Assembly (NCBI RefSeq): GCF_036321535.1
Contig: NC_087437.1
Coordinates: 39,062,001 to 39,126,000 of the forward strand
Source of the DNA: Camelus dromedarius
Lineage: Eukaryota
Length of the DNA: 64,000 nucleotides
Direction: 5' to 3'
Shown here piece after piece: positions 41,080 through 52,924 of this stretch. The translations under genes were made by a program, and so were the position numbers. The stretch's first letter is position 1; each line of letters starts with the position of its first letter. Below the pieces are notes generated by a model. The model was not told the origin of the DNA. It searched no databases and saw nothing but the letters and a program-made list of their open reading frames with translations.

Positions 41080-41570
41080 GGAAACTCCTTTCTGTTTTGT
41101 GACCTCACCCTATTGGTAGCAACATATTTTCAGAGAGAGGGAATGGGCACCTGACTCAACCTAGGCCAATCAAAATCACTTTTGTTGGAAATTTCTCTGA
41201 GCCTGAGAAATGTGTCATCTGTTTCTGTGGGTGACAGGAAATGAGGACATGTAAACTCAGGTTCTGAACATGCTGCTTTATGTACATACACATCACAGCA
41301 GTGAGAATCAGTCAACAGATGGGAAGGAGAGAAGGCAAGAGAGGCAGAAAGAGAAGGGGGAGCAGAGTCAGGGAGGGATGCAAAAATTTGAACACCACCT
41401 ACGTTCCTGCTGGCTTTCTTGTCCCTGCTTTGAATGCCTTCTAAAGTCTTCCCTCTTCCTCTGGATTTCTGTGATGAACCCATTATCTTTCCCACACTTT
41501 CCCTTCTTGAATTTGACTAGGTTGAAGGTATTCTGATACTTTTACCCAAAAGAACCATGAATAAGACCCT
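41080..41570 (+). mobile_element. Old ERVL-type LTR (LTR16/LTR33-like)
   Basis: GGGCACCTGACTCAACCTAGGCCAATCA and the terminus TTCTGATACTTTTACCCAAAAGAACCATGAATAAGA. Confidence 0.55.
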
Positions 41571-43876
41571 AGGAAAGGCTAAATCTGGAATGCTGGCTGA
41601 CGTTTTGAAGACACTTCTTCCTCAGGTAACAGGAAGATGGAGAGAATTGGTACAATGAATGTTCTGGGAAACCAGAAAACCAAGAGAGGTACTTTGGAAG
41701 CTCACATTCTTCACTCTACAATTAGTTCAAGCCTCACTTTAGAAATATGTCTGAGAAGACTTCCTTAAGGCACTATTCTAGGTAAGGTGCCCCTTCAGTA
41801 TGTTCTGTCCCACAAGAACACCCCAGCACAACATTTACTATACTGTATTTAAGGTGTGTCTGCATTTGTCTACAAGAACCTCTAGACTTTAAGCTCTGTG
41901 GAGTCAGGGACCGTGTATATTTGTTGGAAGAATATTTCATATCATCCCAATGGAGACTAGTACATCTCTATTCTGCACAAATGAAACAGCTCTTCCCTGA
42001 AATGTTTACAGAAGAAATCTAGAGTTGATCTATGCAACATCATGAGAACATGCCTGAAGATGGTAAAATGCTGCCTAATTTGTTTTTAAAATTGTGAGGT
42101 ATTTAAAATAATGTATTTAGAGATTTATTTTGAAAAGTTGTTGATTTCTTTATTACAATTAATTACTTTCAAAAGCAATCTCAAGAATTCATTATGTGAT
42201 CATTTTGGCAGGTCTAGATCTTATAAATACAAATATGGAGGGAAAGAAAAAAGACAGAAGGTTCTTGATAATTTGTGATTTGTTTTAGCAGAAAATTTGT
42301 TGTGAAATGTAATGTGCGGTTAGGGGGAGTGTGATAGGAAAACTGAGGGGGGAAATGCAGTCCTCTCGTAAAATGAGTTGTGAACTTGACTAATCTGCAG
42401 TGGGAGTATATAGCTCTTGCAAGCTTTGGACCCAGAAGCCCTTCCTTCCAAGCAGGTCTTCAAGCCATTTCTCACCCTGCTAATGATCTCAAAGTAAAGA
42501 AATTCGACATGTAGCTCTTCTTCACAGTAAGGCCCAGAGTCCTTTGATAGTAAGAGGAAAATGTAATAGTGATGTTACTGTGGATTTAGTTTGGGTCCAG
42601 CACAGATTATTTTGGAATTTTAGGCTTTAAAAAGATGGTAAGCTTAACCTTTATTTCCAAGGCTTGATTATTGTAGACTCATGACAGAGGCCTTAGACAA
42701 ATGTATCATCCTCTTAGAGCTAATTTTAGCAGAATTGACTCGTGTTTGAAAACGGTTTTGAAGATGCCAAGTCCTAGAATAAGAACACATGTATTCATTC
42801 ATACCCACTCCCTGCTTTGCCCTGTCGTGAAAAGCAGCCAGTGTATAAAGCAGGGGCCTTCCTGGTCTCTCCCGCCGTGTCCTTCACGTCAATGCTGGCA
42901 GGTATCAGATTGTCAGTCCCCCTCTGTCTTTCTGCACACACTCGAGCTATCTGAATCAATTTTTTTCCCCTCATTGAAACCCATTCCATCATCTTCTGAA
43001 CATATTGATCTTCAGTCATGCACACACTCATCATACTCTTCATGGTGTTTCTGCCTGCAGGCCTCCCCTTCTCATTATTTCTGTATTGGTCACTCTGTCC
43101 TTACAGCTGATGCCAATCACGCCTCTTATAAGTGCATTTCAAAGACAGTGAGCCTCTGGTGTTTCACTCACAGGAAAATAACACTGAATCTCTCTTTGTA
43201 CCTGTAGCATAGATTCACTTAGCTGATTTCAGTTGACTACTAAGTCTAAATTTTTAAGAACTTTTATAAAAGTACATGCACTTTCAACCCCTCTCCAAGT
43301 TCCCTTTTCACCCGATACACAAGTGAGAAGAGACAGGTTTTGTGTTAGGAGCACAGAGAACAATTGTACCACACAGGACAGAAAGGATCAATATTAATCA
43401 TGACCTGCGGTCATACTACCGTTGGCTATGATCATCTCAGATCTACTCTCTGAGAGGGGCCCAGCTGGCTGCATTTTTAAAAATAGAAGACCCTGTGGGG
43501 GAGCCAAGAGGTGGTCTGGGCACTTCTGGTGATTCTGGTTGTGACACTGCATCCTGACAATTCTGCAACTCTGCCTTTCTCAAGAAGATGAGGTGTGCTC
43601 ACTGGATTTCTAGCAGAAGTTTTCACAAGATTGTTACTAGTTTGTTGTGGTCAGTGTGCATTGATCCTGTAATACCTATTGGACAGATTCTTTAAATCAT
43701 TTGGTCCAACTAGAGTCAATAAAAATAATAACAATACTGGTTAAATCTGATTGAAATGTTTTGAAAAGCCAGGTGTTGTGTACCTTGCTTCATCTCATTA
43801 AATGCTCAATCATGTAAATTAGCTTCTAGCCACATTCTGCAGGTGAGGAAGTGGTGAACTAGAAACCTTAACAACA

Positions 43877-44399
43877 CATATCGTCAGTTTTGAGATGCAT
43901 GTTGTCTTAGTTAATTCACACTGCTATAACAAAATACCACAGACTAGATGGATTGTAAGAAGCAAACATTTATTTCTCACAGTTCTGGAAACTGGAAGTC
44001 CAAGATCAAGGTTCAGTATAGTCAGTTCCTGGTGAAGACCCTCTCCTGCCTCGCAGGCTGCAGACTTCTCTCTGTGTCCTCTCATGGTGAAAGGGCCAGG
44101 TCAGGCCCCCTTTATAAGGGCACTCATCCCATTCGTGAGGGCAGAGCCTTCCAACAGCCCTACCTTCTAATACCATCACCTTGGTCATTAGGATGACAAA
44201 GTATGAATTTTGAGGGGGACACAAACATTCAGCCCATAGCATCCATTTTTCACATTTTCACATCTCTCAAATTGGACTGTGTCTTACTATTGATGCAGTC
44301 TATGAAGACAACTGGCAGTTTTGTTTTATTTTTCTGAGTAGCAAACAAAAATACTTGTATATCTTACATCACTAGTGGTTTCAGTTTCACAGAGTATGA
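43877..44399. mobile_element. MER104-like Tc2 MITE split by an MLT1A LTR
   Basis: Left stub CATATCGTCAGTTTTGAGATGCA; right part CATTTTTCACATTTTACATCTCTCAAATTGGACTGTGTCTTACTATTGATG. Confidence 0.6.
43903..44241 (-). mobile_element. MLT1A/MLT1A0-type solo LTR
   Basis: TGTCTTAGTT...GCTATAACAAAATACCACAGACT...ATTTATTTCTCACAGTTCTGGA...GGGGACACAAACATTCAGCCCATAGCA. Confidence 0.92.
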
Positions 44400-46147
44400 C
44401 CACCTTGTGCAAAACCCATCCAGTCAATATAAGGTAGAGCTGACTGGAAACCCCATGCTCTGTTCTCAAACATTACACTTCTGAGAAAGGCAGACTGGGA
44501 ACGAGGTGGAGGCATGATAGCTAATTAGAAGTCGTATGTTATTTACAAAGTTGGTGACAATTTTTCCATTGCAAGCATTGACATTGGTAAAGGAATTGTA
44601 AAGAATTTTATTATTCTGGGTCCCGGTGTTTAGGGAAAGCAATTAGGCAAGTCAAAGGAAGCTATCTTAGTGGCCCTGGATGGAGAAGATAACCTTGGAA
44701 GCTCCTTTCAGTTTCCCGAATTCCGATTCTGATATTTGCTATGAGGATTAAGAGGAAGACCTTTGAGTCTCTTTGTTTTTAGAATCTTTTATTCTCTGAA
44801 ATTCTTTCTGTCCTCTCTTCTGCAGTCCTGAGCAGTCCTTGAATATACAGGTTATCCTCCCAGGATTCATAACCCAATTAATCAAAGACAAGGGCAACCA
44901 TCTCTTTGCTTAGGGATGGACAGTTTTCTGTTACCCATTAGGAAACGTGTCTCAGAAGGCATTTACCTTTCTTCACTTTCTGTTCACATATGAGGGAGAG
45001 AGTAAGAAAGGCAATAAATGGTTTCTCCTCCTCTGCGTGTCTCAGCATTCTTGTCTGGCTTCTCATGTTCCCCTGCCTCCTGTTTAGTAGCACTTCAGAA
45101 TGTCTGCCAGTCTGTTTTAGAGACAGTTTATTGGCTGTGATACTGAGAAACATGCAACTTATGTTTCTTAACTTTTTTCTACTGTATTTTCCTTTCCAAA
45201 TTAATACCACAAATGGCAACCATTTTAAAAGTGGGAACTTGTCAGGAGAATTGGAAAAAAAAAAAAAAAGTCATCCACTCCCAGACTTCTGTGATATGAT
45301 GTTAATGAAATATTTTGGTGTGCTGAAACCTCAATTTAACACTGGCCTGGTAAGGGAAACTGTCTTGTAATAAGTATCTTCAAGTTGCAGAAACTCTTGA
45401 AACATTTCCAAAGATAATCCGAGTTTTATAATACCAAATTTCATCTTGCAGTAAATCATATGAAGAATTTCAAACATGTAACACCCTCTCTTATCAAAGA
45501 TCAATCTCACTTTAGTCATTATATCAAACTTCTTACTGATCTTTGATAATGATAAATGCTTATCTTGGGAATCTTTATGTAACCAGGTCATTTGTTGTAA
45601 GACAGATATTCTTAAAACCAGAAAGTAGATACCAAATTCCAATACTCTAATAACAGCTTTTTAAATAACAAGATTCTCTCTTTTTTATGACTTGTGGGTC
45701 GTTTTAGACCTTTTAAAACCATTACCCTGGATTTTTTACTTACTCTTTGCCCGAGGATTATTTCTTTTTATCCAGCCTGCAAAAAGGTAAAAGTCAAATT
45801 CCCACCTGAAAAAAATTGGGGTTTCCAAGCAAGAGGAGTTGCTTTTTGACTCGTTCTCCCCCCGCCTGCCTTGTACTTTCTCATCCCTTGTCTGCCATCC
45901 AATTAATGCACATCAGTTTTGTTTTGTCACCTCTGTTGAGAACTGTGATTGAGTGATTAGTCCAATTTTATGCTATTATCTAACCATCACACATACGTAA
46001 TTGAAACAAAATGCGGCAGATAGACTTGCCTGAGCCTGCGCTTCAGTAATTTCTCACAAAGAGTTGATGTAACCATCACTTCTTTGGAAACAAAGATAAC
46101 TAGGGCCAGCTACATGATTTGTGGAGCTAAGTGCAAAGAAAGAATAT

Positions 46148-46174
46148 ACCACCACCACCACCACCACCACCACC
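46148..46174. repeat. (ACC)9 microsatellite
   Basis: Read directly; explains the poly-His and poly-Val ORF segments. Confidence 0.97.
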
Positions 46175-46176
46175 AA

Positions 46177-46193
46177 AGCGCCACCTGGAGGGG
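46177..46193 (-). promoter_or_regulatory. CTCF core motif
   Basis: Minus strand CCTCCAGGTGGCGCT closely fits the CTCF core CC(A/T)(C/G)(C/T)AG(A/G)(G/T)GGCGC, with an intact CpG inside a GC-rich patch. Confidence 0.6.
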
Positions 46194-46914
46194 AGGGAGT
46201 CGGTCGCCTTTTTCCATAGTCAAGTGGACAGGTAACCTCCAAGGGACTGTAGCCCCTAGCACTAGGTATCTGATTGGGGGTGGGCATGAGGTTCCTGCCA
46301 GGTGGGCCCCTTAGTAGTGCACCGTGGAGCTGGCAGCCTATCTGAGTGTCAGGGTACGCCTGCCCTGCCTCCCTGCACCCACACTCAGGCTCCCTACCAG
46401 GGGCCAACCCAGCTGCCCCTGCCGCAAGCAGAGAGTAGCAGCGGCCCATAGTGGGGCGGGGGCCGGCCTGGAAGAAAGAGGCAAGCACCCTTTCAGAGGA
46501 TGCAGGACGCTGTGTGAATTGAAGTTCCAGACTTCTGGTGCATGCTCTGTCGGCCCATTGAGCTTCACGTACAAAGCACAGACTCAAAGATAAAATCATT
46601 AAGAATTTCAAAATGGTGACCAGAGAGCATTAAAGCCATTTGCAACTGTACTGGATGCAGAACCTTGAAACATTTCCTGAAGGTTAACTGCTCCTTCTGC
46701 TGTGAACTACTTACTTCAACGACTGTATTTTTTGCTTAATGTTACAAATATTTATTCACAAGCATTTCCTTTCACTGCATCATCTACTGAAGAGCACTCT
46801 GGGGGAAGAAGTGATACCATTTTTGGAGTTTCTACTATTATATTTATAACTGCAATATTGTATATACTAGGTTTGCTAATTGGACAAGCCAAACAAACAA
46901 AAATACATGACTTA

Positions 46915-47286
46915 TACTAAGTGAAGTAAGTCAGAGAAAGACAAGTATCATATAATATCACTTATATGTGGAATCTAAAAAAAATGGCGCAGATGAACTT
47001 ATTTACAAAACTGGAACAGACTCACAGACAGAAAACAAACTTGTGGTTATGGGGGGGAAGGGAAGAGGGATAAGTTAGGAGTTTGGGATTTGCAGACACT
47101 AACTACTATATATGTAAAATTGGTAAACAACAAGATTCTATTGTTTAGCACAGGGAACTATATTCAACATCTTGCAATAACCTATAATGATAAAGAATAT
47201 GAAAAAATATGTATGTGTATAATTGAATTAATATACTGTACACTAGAAACTAACACGACATTGGAAATCAACTATACCACAATAAG
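46915..47286 (+). mobile_element. L1 3' fragment
   Basis: TACTAAGTGAAGTAAGTCAGAG...TATCACTTATATGTGGAATCTAAAA...AAATCAACTATAC; degenerate TSD AAAATACATGACTTA / AAAATGCCTGGCTTA. Confidence 0.92.
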
Positions 47287-47469
47287 AAAATGCCTGGCTT
47301 AAGGAATGCTTCTTAAACCCTATCTTCTAGATTATTTAGTTTGGAAATGGAGAACTTATGTATACAATTTGCTAATATCTGCTTGAATGTGATGTCACTT
47401 TTCGAGTCTGAAGGCCCACAGACAATGTAAGAAGGCTTATTTTCCTCTGTGCATGTACCGTGCTGTTAG

Positions 47470-47605
47470 TCGGTGGCTTTCAACCCTGGCTGCAGATTGC
47501 AGTCACCTGGAAATCATTTTATAAACATTGACACTTGGGCCCTTCACTGTGAGATTCTTATTTAATTGGGAGATGAGAGTCGATATTGTAGCTTTTCGAA
47601 AGCTC
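47470..47605. mobile_element. MER5-family fragment
   Basis: CGGTGGCTTTCAACCCTGGCTGCAGATTGCAGTCACCTGG...GAGATTCTTATTTAATTGG. Confidence 0.7.
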
Positions 47606-47619
47606 ATAGAGTGAAAGGG

Positions 47620-47982
47620 GAACGTGGAGAGGGGTGAATGCTGGGTGTGGACTGGGGCCGTCAACCAGAGCCTCTACACAAGCCCCTAGTAGGGCTTGGC
47701 CCTCTCAGAGCCTGGCGTCTGGGTTCCAAGGGGGAGTCTCCCAACAGCAAATACTAGGAGATCTCAGCAGAAGCTCCACGGCTTTCTCTGACCGAGCCTC
47801 AGAAATCCCAAAGCATCACTTCTGTCACATTCTACTTGTTACGCAAGTCAGTAAGGCCAACTCAGGTACAAAAGGAGAGTGGACTCCGCCCCTTGTTGGT
47901 GGAGTGTCAGGATCACACTTGAGAAGAGCGTGTGGGGTGCAAAGCAGTGGCACAGCTGTCTTTGGGAACACAGTCTGCTGCA
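47620..47982 (-). mobile_element. MLT1H/F-type LTR fragment
   Basis: AGCCTCAGAAATCCCAAAGCATCACTTCTGTCACATTCTACTTGTT...TCTTTGGGAACACAGTCTGC. Confidence 0.75.
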
Positions 47983-49239
47983 GAGGTCATGGACCCTTTA
48001 AAGTCACTGTAGGGAGGACTGCAATATTTAAAAAAAAATCAAAAAGATTACCTAAAGTGTGCTTTGTTCTGTATTTGTTTTTCACTTCATATGCTAGCCT
48101 TTTTAAGAGTTACCAGCCTGTGATTCCTACCTCTGATTATAAAAGTTCTGTTCATTTTTAAAAATGTTTGTGATGATAAAAGAACATTATAGAATTTTTC
48201 AAAGTGAAAGCAGTGATAAATTAAACAGCAAAATCCCTCTGTACCGCTGTATTTTTCTTCCCAGCACTCCTTCACAAAAGGCAGAATATGAAATCTAGGA
48301 TTTGGACGGACAGTCTAAACCTCTAATCTTATATCTGCATGGTCAAAAACCCAGAACACTGAGAAGCCAAAATGCTATCAAATCTTACCTTGGCACTACC
48401 TCCTGGTTTCTACCACTTCGATTAAGAGACTCATTAATCCTATGTCCAACTTGATTCACTGCAGCCACCAGGCTTTACGGGAACAGGTGTTCGTCATCCC
48501 TGCCTTGCTTCAGGTCTTTCCTGGGCAGGGTAATGTTCTGGAACTTTGCAGAGGAAGACATCTGAGTTTGGTTTATAGAAGCACGATGTTTTGGGTGTTG
48601 TTTTGATGTTATGTGTGTTCAGCCAAAGTTAGAACACAGTAAATATTGAAGTTTTCTCATTCGGCATATTTATGATATCTGTTGAGCAACCTAAACCCAT
48701 TTAGGCGACCTGCACTGAGTGTACAGTACACATAATATCGAGGTATTTTATGTGACTCTAAAGAGCATTCATCTTTGCTGAGAGCACACTCAGCAGCACT
48801 AAATGCAGGCTACAGAAACATCTGTGCATTTGTTTTATCTTAGGTAAATTTATGCTTATGTCATATTTTCTTTCCAAGAACTTCTGAGCTATAATTAGTA
48901 GCAGAATCCTTGGAATAGATCACTCGGCCAGTCTTAAAGTATAAACTGGTGCATTCATTTCACGGGCCAGGATTCAGCCATAGGAGAGAATCAAGAAGTT
49001 GTACCACAGGCAGTCAGAGTTACGGGTACTGTGCAAACGTGTCAGTCTGTTATTATTATTTGGGGCATTATTTTCTTTTTCTGATTGTCAGCCTCCTTGT
49101 ACCCTTCTACATGGTCTTTTTCTTGCCTTATTTTTTGAATAAATAATCAGTACTCTTCACTCTTCCTTCATCTTGACATCCCTTTGGCTTTTTACTGTGT
49201 AAGAATGAACACCTCCCTACTTTCCATTTTTCAGTGTGT

Positions 49240-49579
49240 CCCCCAGTGAAGGACCACCTCCTTTAATATCACTCAGAGTACTCAACAAAAAAATGGGGGT
49301 TCTTGGGCCTACTGCAGATCCATGGAACCAGTTAAATGCCCACAGAACTGCATTTTAATAGGTTTCCCAGTAGGCTGTTATTCACAAGAAATTTTGAGAC
49401 TTGCTGCCCCAGACCCTTGCTACTGAAAGGGCAGTTCTAGGACCAGTAGCATGGGCATCCCTGGGGAGCTTGTCAGGAATGCAGAATCCCAGGCCTCACC
49501 CCACACCTACTGAATCAGAATCTGCATTTGAGCAGTGGGCCCCAGTAACTGAGACGCACTGAAAGTCTGAGAAGCACTG
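49240..49579. mobile_element. Two adjacent MER5-family MITEs
   Basis: Second copy is GGACCAGTAGCATGGGCATCCCTGGGGAGCTTGTCAGGAATGCAGAATCCCAGGCCTCACCCCACACCTACTGAATCAGAATCTGCATTT...GAGAAGCACTG; first copy is more degenerate. Confidence 0.8.
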
Positions 49580-49589
49580 ATGTTGAGAG

Positions 49590-50030
49590 TTCAGTCCAAA
49601 TTCCTAAGCTCATCAAACAAGGCTCAACATAATAGTTACTCCTATGTCTCCAGCTCCTTCTTCTGCCCTTTCCCTCTTTCCTTTCTTCCCAACTAGGAAG
49701 ATGAGCCTTTTAAAATTGTGGATATTCTGTCATTTTTGAGCTACAAAAATAGCAAATTAAATTTAGCTTCAACCTAAATACTTACAGCTCCTTGTATAAG
49801 CGTTGCTCTTTCATGATTTCTTGCCTTTGGACAGAATGGACTTCTGCTGCAATCTCCCTTTTCCTACTTGGTGAACTGTCATTTGTTCTTGACGTCAACC
49901 CTTCTATAAAGCTTGACTTACATCTGCACATCTGAGGTCCTTGCAGTTTTTTTTTCTGCCTGTTGTCCTTTGCAATGCCTTGAATATAGTGTTCAATTAA
50001 TATTTGTTAAATGAATGAGTGAATACATGA
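49590..50030 (+). mobile_element. L2 3' fragments
   Basis: AGTCCAAATTCCTAAGC...; tail TAGTGTTCAATTAATATTTGTTAAATGAATGAGTGAAT. Confidence 0.6.
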
Positions 50031-51017
50031 AAGAATATTTCACATGTTTTCAAACTATCATCTCCAACACCACAGATTTACTACTGATAATGGACGCTTT
50101 TATTATAATTTCTTTTATAACAGCTAACATCAAAAAATTAGTACAAATATATCTTCCAATTTTCAATATATGTAAAGTGATATATAAGTATACTTTGCAC
50201 CCTGCAAAATATATGTCCCTCAAAAGTCATAGCTCGTTACAGTCTTAGTCAAACAAATTATGCCTTTAAGGGAAATGCTCATCTTTCTAAGATTTGAATC
50301 CTAAAAAGTATATTCTTTTTATAAAGTGTTGACTCTTCTTAAGATGGTAATAGTAACCCCTAACTTTACCAATTTTGGAACTGGGTTTGTTGCTACTGTT
50401 ACTGAAATGGGAGAGGGTTGGCGGGGCACCTCTGATTTTATTCCAGAAGAAATGGGAAAACTAGAGAACATCTTTACATTTCAAGTTTTTTTTTTTTTTT
50501 TTTCCCCGCATGATATAACTGTGACAGAGAACACAGCTTGGATCAATTTCAGCTTGGCTTAGAGAATATACACTTAACATACGCTCTTTGACTTTGGCAG
50601 TGATACCTTGTGATTTAAGGAGTTTCCTTCTGGTTGGCAAGTTTTTCTTCAGATGAATGTATCCTTGATGAAAATGAGATCTTAATGAAACCCTAATTCA
50701 GACACTGCATAATCACACAAATACTCTATGTATGAAAAAAAAAAACCTGAAGAGAAATTTTGATTTACATCAAATACTAACATAAATTTCCCCAGATTGC
50801 TTGCCAAGCTCCAGTCACCTATTTCAATTAAAAAAACTTTATTATTTTTTCCTGCTTGCAAGAATGTTTGTTTATTATTAAAAAAAAATTAATTCTTTGG
50901 AGATACAGTAGGAAGTTCAAGTCTGTGGTAATAATCACTATTAAAATCTGAGCATGTACTCTTCCAGGTTGATTTATCTGTGGATACTACAGTATGTCTG
51001 TCATAATCCAAAGAAGC

Positions 51018-51103
51018 ATGAACCACTGGATGTAAAATGCACTGCCGGGAACCTTCGTGTTTCTGGTCCCCGGCAGTGAAGCATTTGTGATCTAGTGGTT
51101 CAT
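51018..51103. other. 86-nt imperfect hairpin (pre-miRNA-like geometry)
   Basis: Manual pairing gives 32 bp (14 + 6 + 9 + 3) with an 11-nt loop. The structure is directly visible; function is unknown. Confidence 0.85.
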
Positions 51104-52820
51104 CCTGTATCTGGGCCACACTCCTTGAGGACAAGGGGTGCACTTTTTCCTTTTGGTGTTTCGCATGAATATAAACATTATAGTTTATTAATATATACTT
51201 TCAGCAGTAAAATATTAGAAATTAATAGAGGATTAAATGAAATGATTACTCCAGGGTTTCATTTAACTCTGTGTGTATATCTTTTTTCTGGATGTTGTGA
51301 AGTTTTAGTATTTATTCTTTTTCACGAGCAGATGATTAGCAGGATTTTGTGAAAATTCATTATTAAATAGTTATTTTTCTTGTCACCTGGGGAACATTTC
51401 TAAGTGGAGAGCACTAATGTGTCTAGGATTCTTTGAACTAAATTGTTTCTAAAAATGGAAACTAATGGTCTCTTACTATTGAGTTTTGTTAAGCAAGAAA
51501 CTGTGAACCCCTTTTCATTCTCGTATTGTGAATTTCACTATTTCTTATTTGACAGTAGTTGTTATGTCTACTCAAATGTTAGTGATTTCTAATTTCTTAA
51601 GAGTTTGTCTCCTAGTTGCTTAAATTGTCATCGTTATCTAGAAGTTACCGCAAGTGAAAATCCCTAATCTCCATTTTATTTTCCAAGATGTGTGACTTAC
51701 AGAAAATCTACTAAACCCACTTATGCACACATATTTATTCACTTACAGATATTGGAAGCATATTTCAAGTTCAAAGTCAAGGCCTAAAAATTTCTATTGA
51801 TTAAAATAAATGAGAGTAAGACATTTGAGACCCTTGAATAGAGAATGCTATTCAGAGTTTCAGTGACTGTATGATAATTATAAAAAGTGGACCCAATGAC
51901 CTTTACTCTGTGAAATTCTCTAAGGAAGGAAAAAAAATTAAGTTATTACCCTAATATGATATTGTTCTTTAAGATGATTCCTAAAATGGACTTCTCGTAA
52001 TAACTACCTTGGAAAACTTTTGAAATGTGATTCATCAGTAGCTCTGGACTAGACTTAAGACTTGGATCAAGGTCAGGTATGAAATCACTTTGGTGAGCAA
52101 GAATATTACCCCAGTTACTGAAATCTGAAAAGATATACACCAAATATTTTTACTGCATTTCTCTGGTGACTGGAAGATTCTTTGTGTTTGTATTTCCTTC
52201 TATCTTTTTAAGAAACTGAGATGGAACTATTTTACCCTCTCCCTGTGTGGCCTAAGATTAGGAGTGTAAGAGGCAAAATTCACCCGTGCCTTGGGCTTTG
52301 AAGAAACTGGATTTTGAATAATGAAGTTTGTTCCTTCTTTGGGGATTCTCTTTCATATGTAACTTTAAGTTAATTATCTTAAATATTTGCTCAATTTATA
52401 AAAATAAGGAGGAAATATCTTAAGCTCATTACTTTGCAACAGTGAAGCCCAACTTCGTTGTGTTCTCCTTGGCTTTGAATTGTCACGGCTGTGATGACCT
52501 TGTGCTCAACAGCAGCAGTGACCCCTTGGCATCCTTGAGTAATCTGGAGATTGGACACGAGTCCGACACAGGGTATTTTATTGTTGTCTACCATGAAAAA
52601 AGGGTGTGGTTTTAAAAACTCAGTAACCAAATATACCCAGCACTGTAATGGAGATGTTTCTTGCCTCTTTGGGGCTTTCAGTCAGCAGAATTTCAACTCT
52701 GGGGATTAGGATTTATGAAGGGGAAGAACAGGGAATTATGAGAGAAGCAACAAGACAAGGTAGGTTTTGTATCAATTCAGAAATGCCTGTCCTTTGAGGT
52801 TTCACTGTCATCTGTAGCAC

Positions 52821-52854
52821 CCATATAAGGTAACAGCAACGGAAGTCCAGATGG
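52821..52854 (+). promoter_or_regulatory. CArG box + ETS + E-box cluster (SRE-like)
   Basis: CCATATAAGG (52821-52830), ACGGAAGT (52839-52846) and CAGATG (52848-52853). Confidence 0.4.
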
Positions 52855-52924
52855 TGCTGGCACTCTATGGATGTCCCAGCACAGAACATATCACTCTAGG
52901 TATCCGTCATGCAAGACATCCCCA

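Noticed and set aside
42701..43207. 168-aa ORF
   Set aside because: Ser/Cys/His-rich composition typical of non-coding DNA; no recognisable homology or exon structure.
46054..46611. 185-aa ORF with poly-Val and the opposite-strand poly-His ORF
   Set aside because: The homopolymers come from (ACC)9, and ORF length is explained by local GC richness; no recognisable domain.
47634..48161. 175-aa ORF
   Set aside because: Lies largely within an MLT1 LTR; a chance open frame.
51018..51103. SECIS interpretation of the hairpin (ATGA...AAA)
   Set aside because: ATGA is Watson-Crick paired to TCAT rather than forming the GA/GA quartet, and the apical spacing is wrong.
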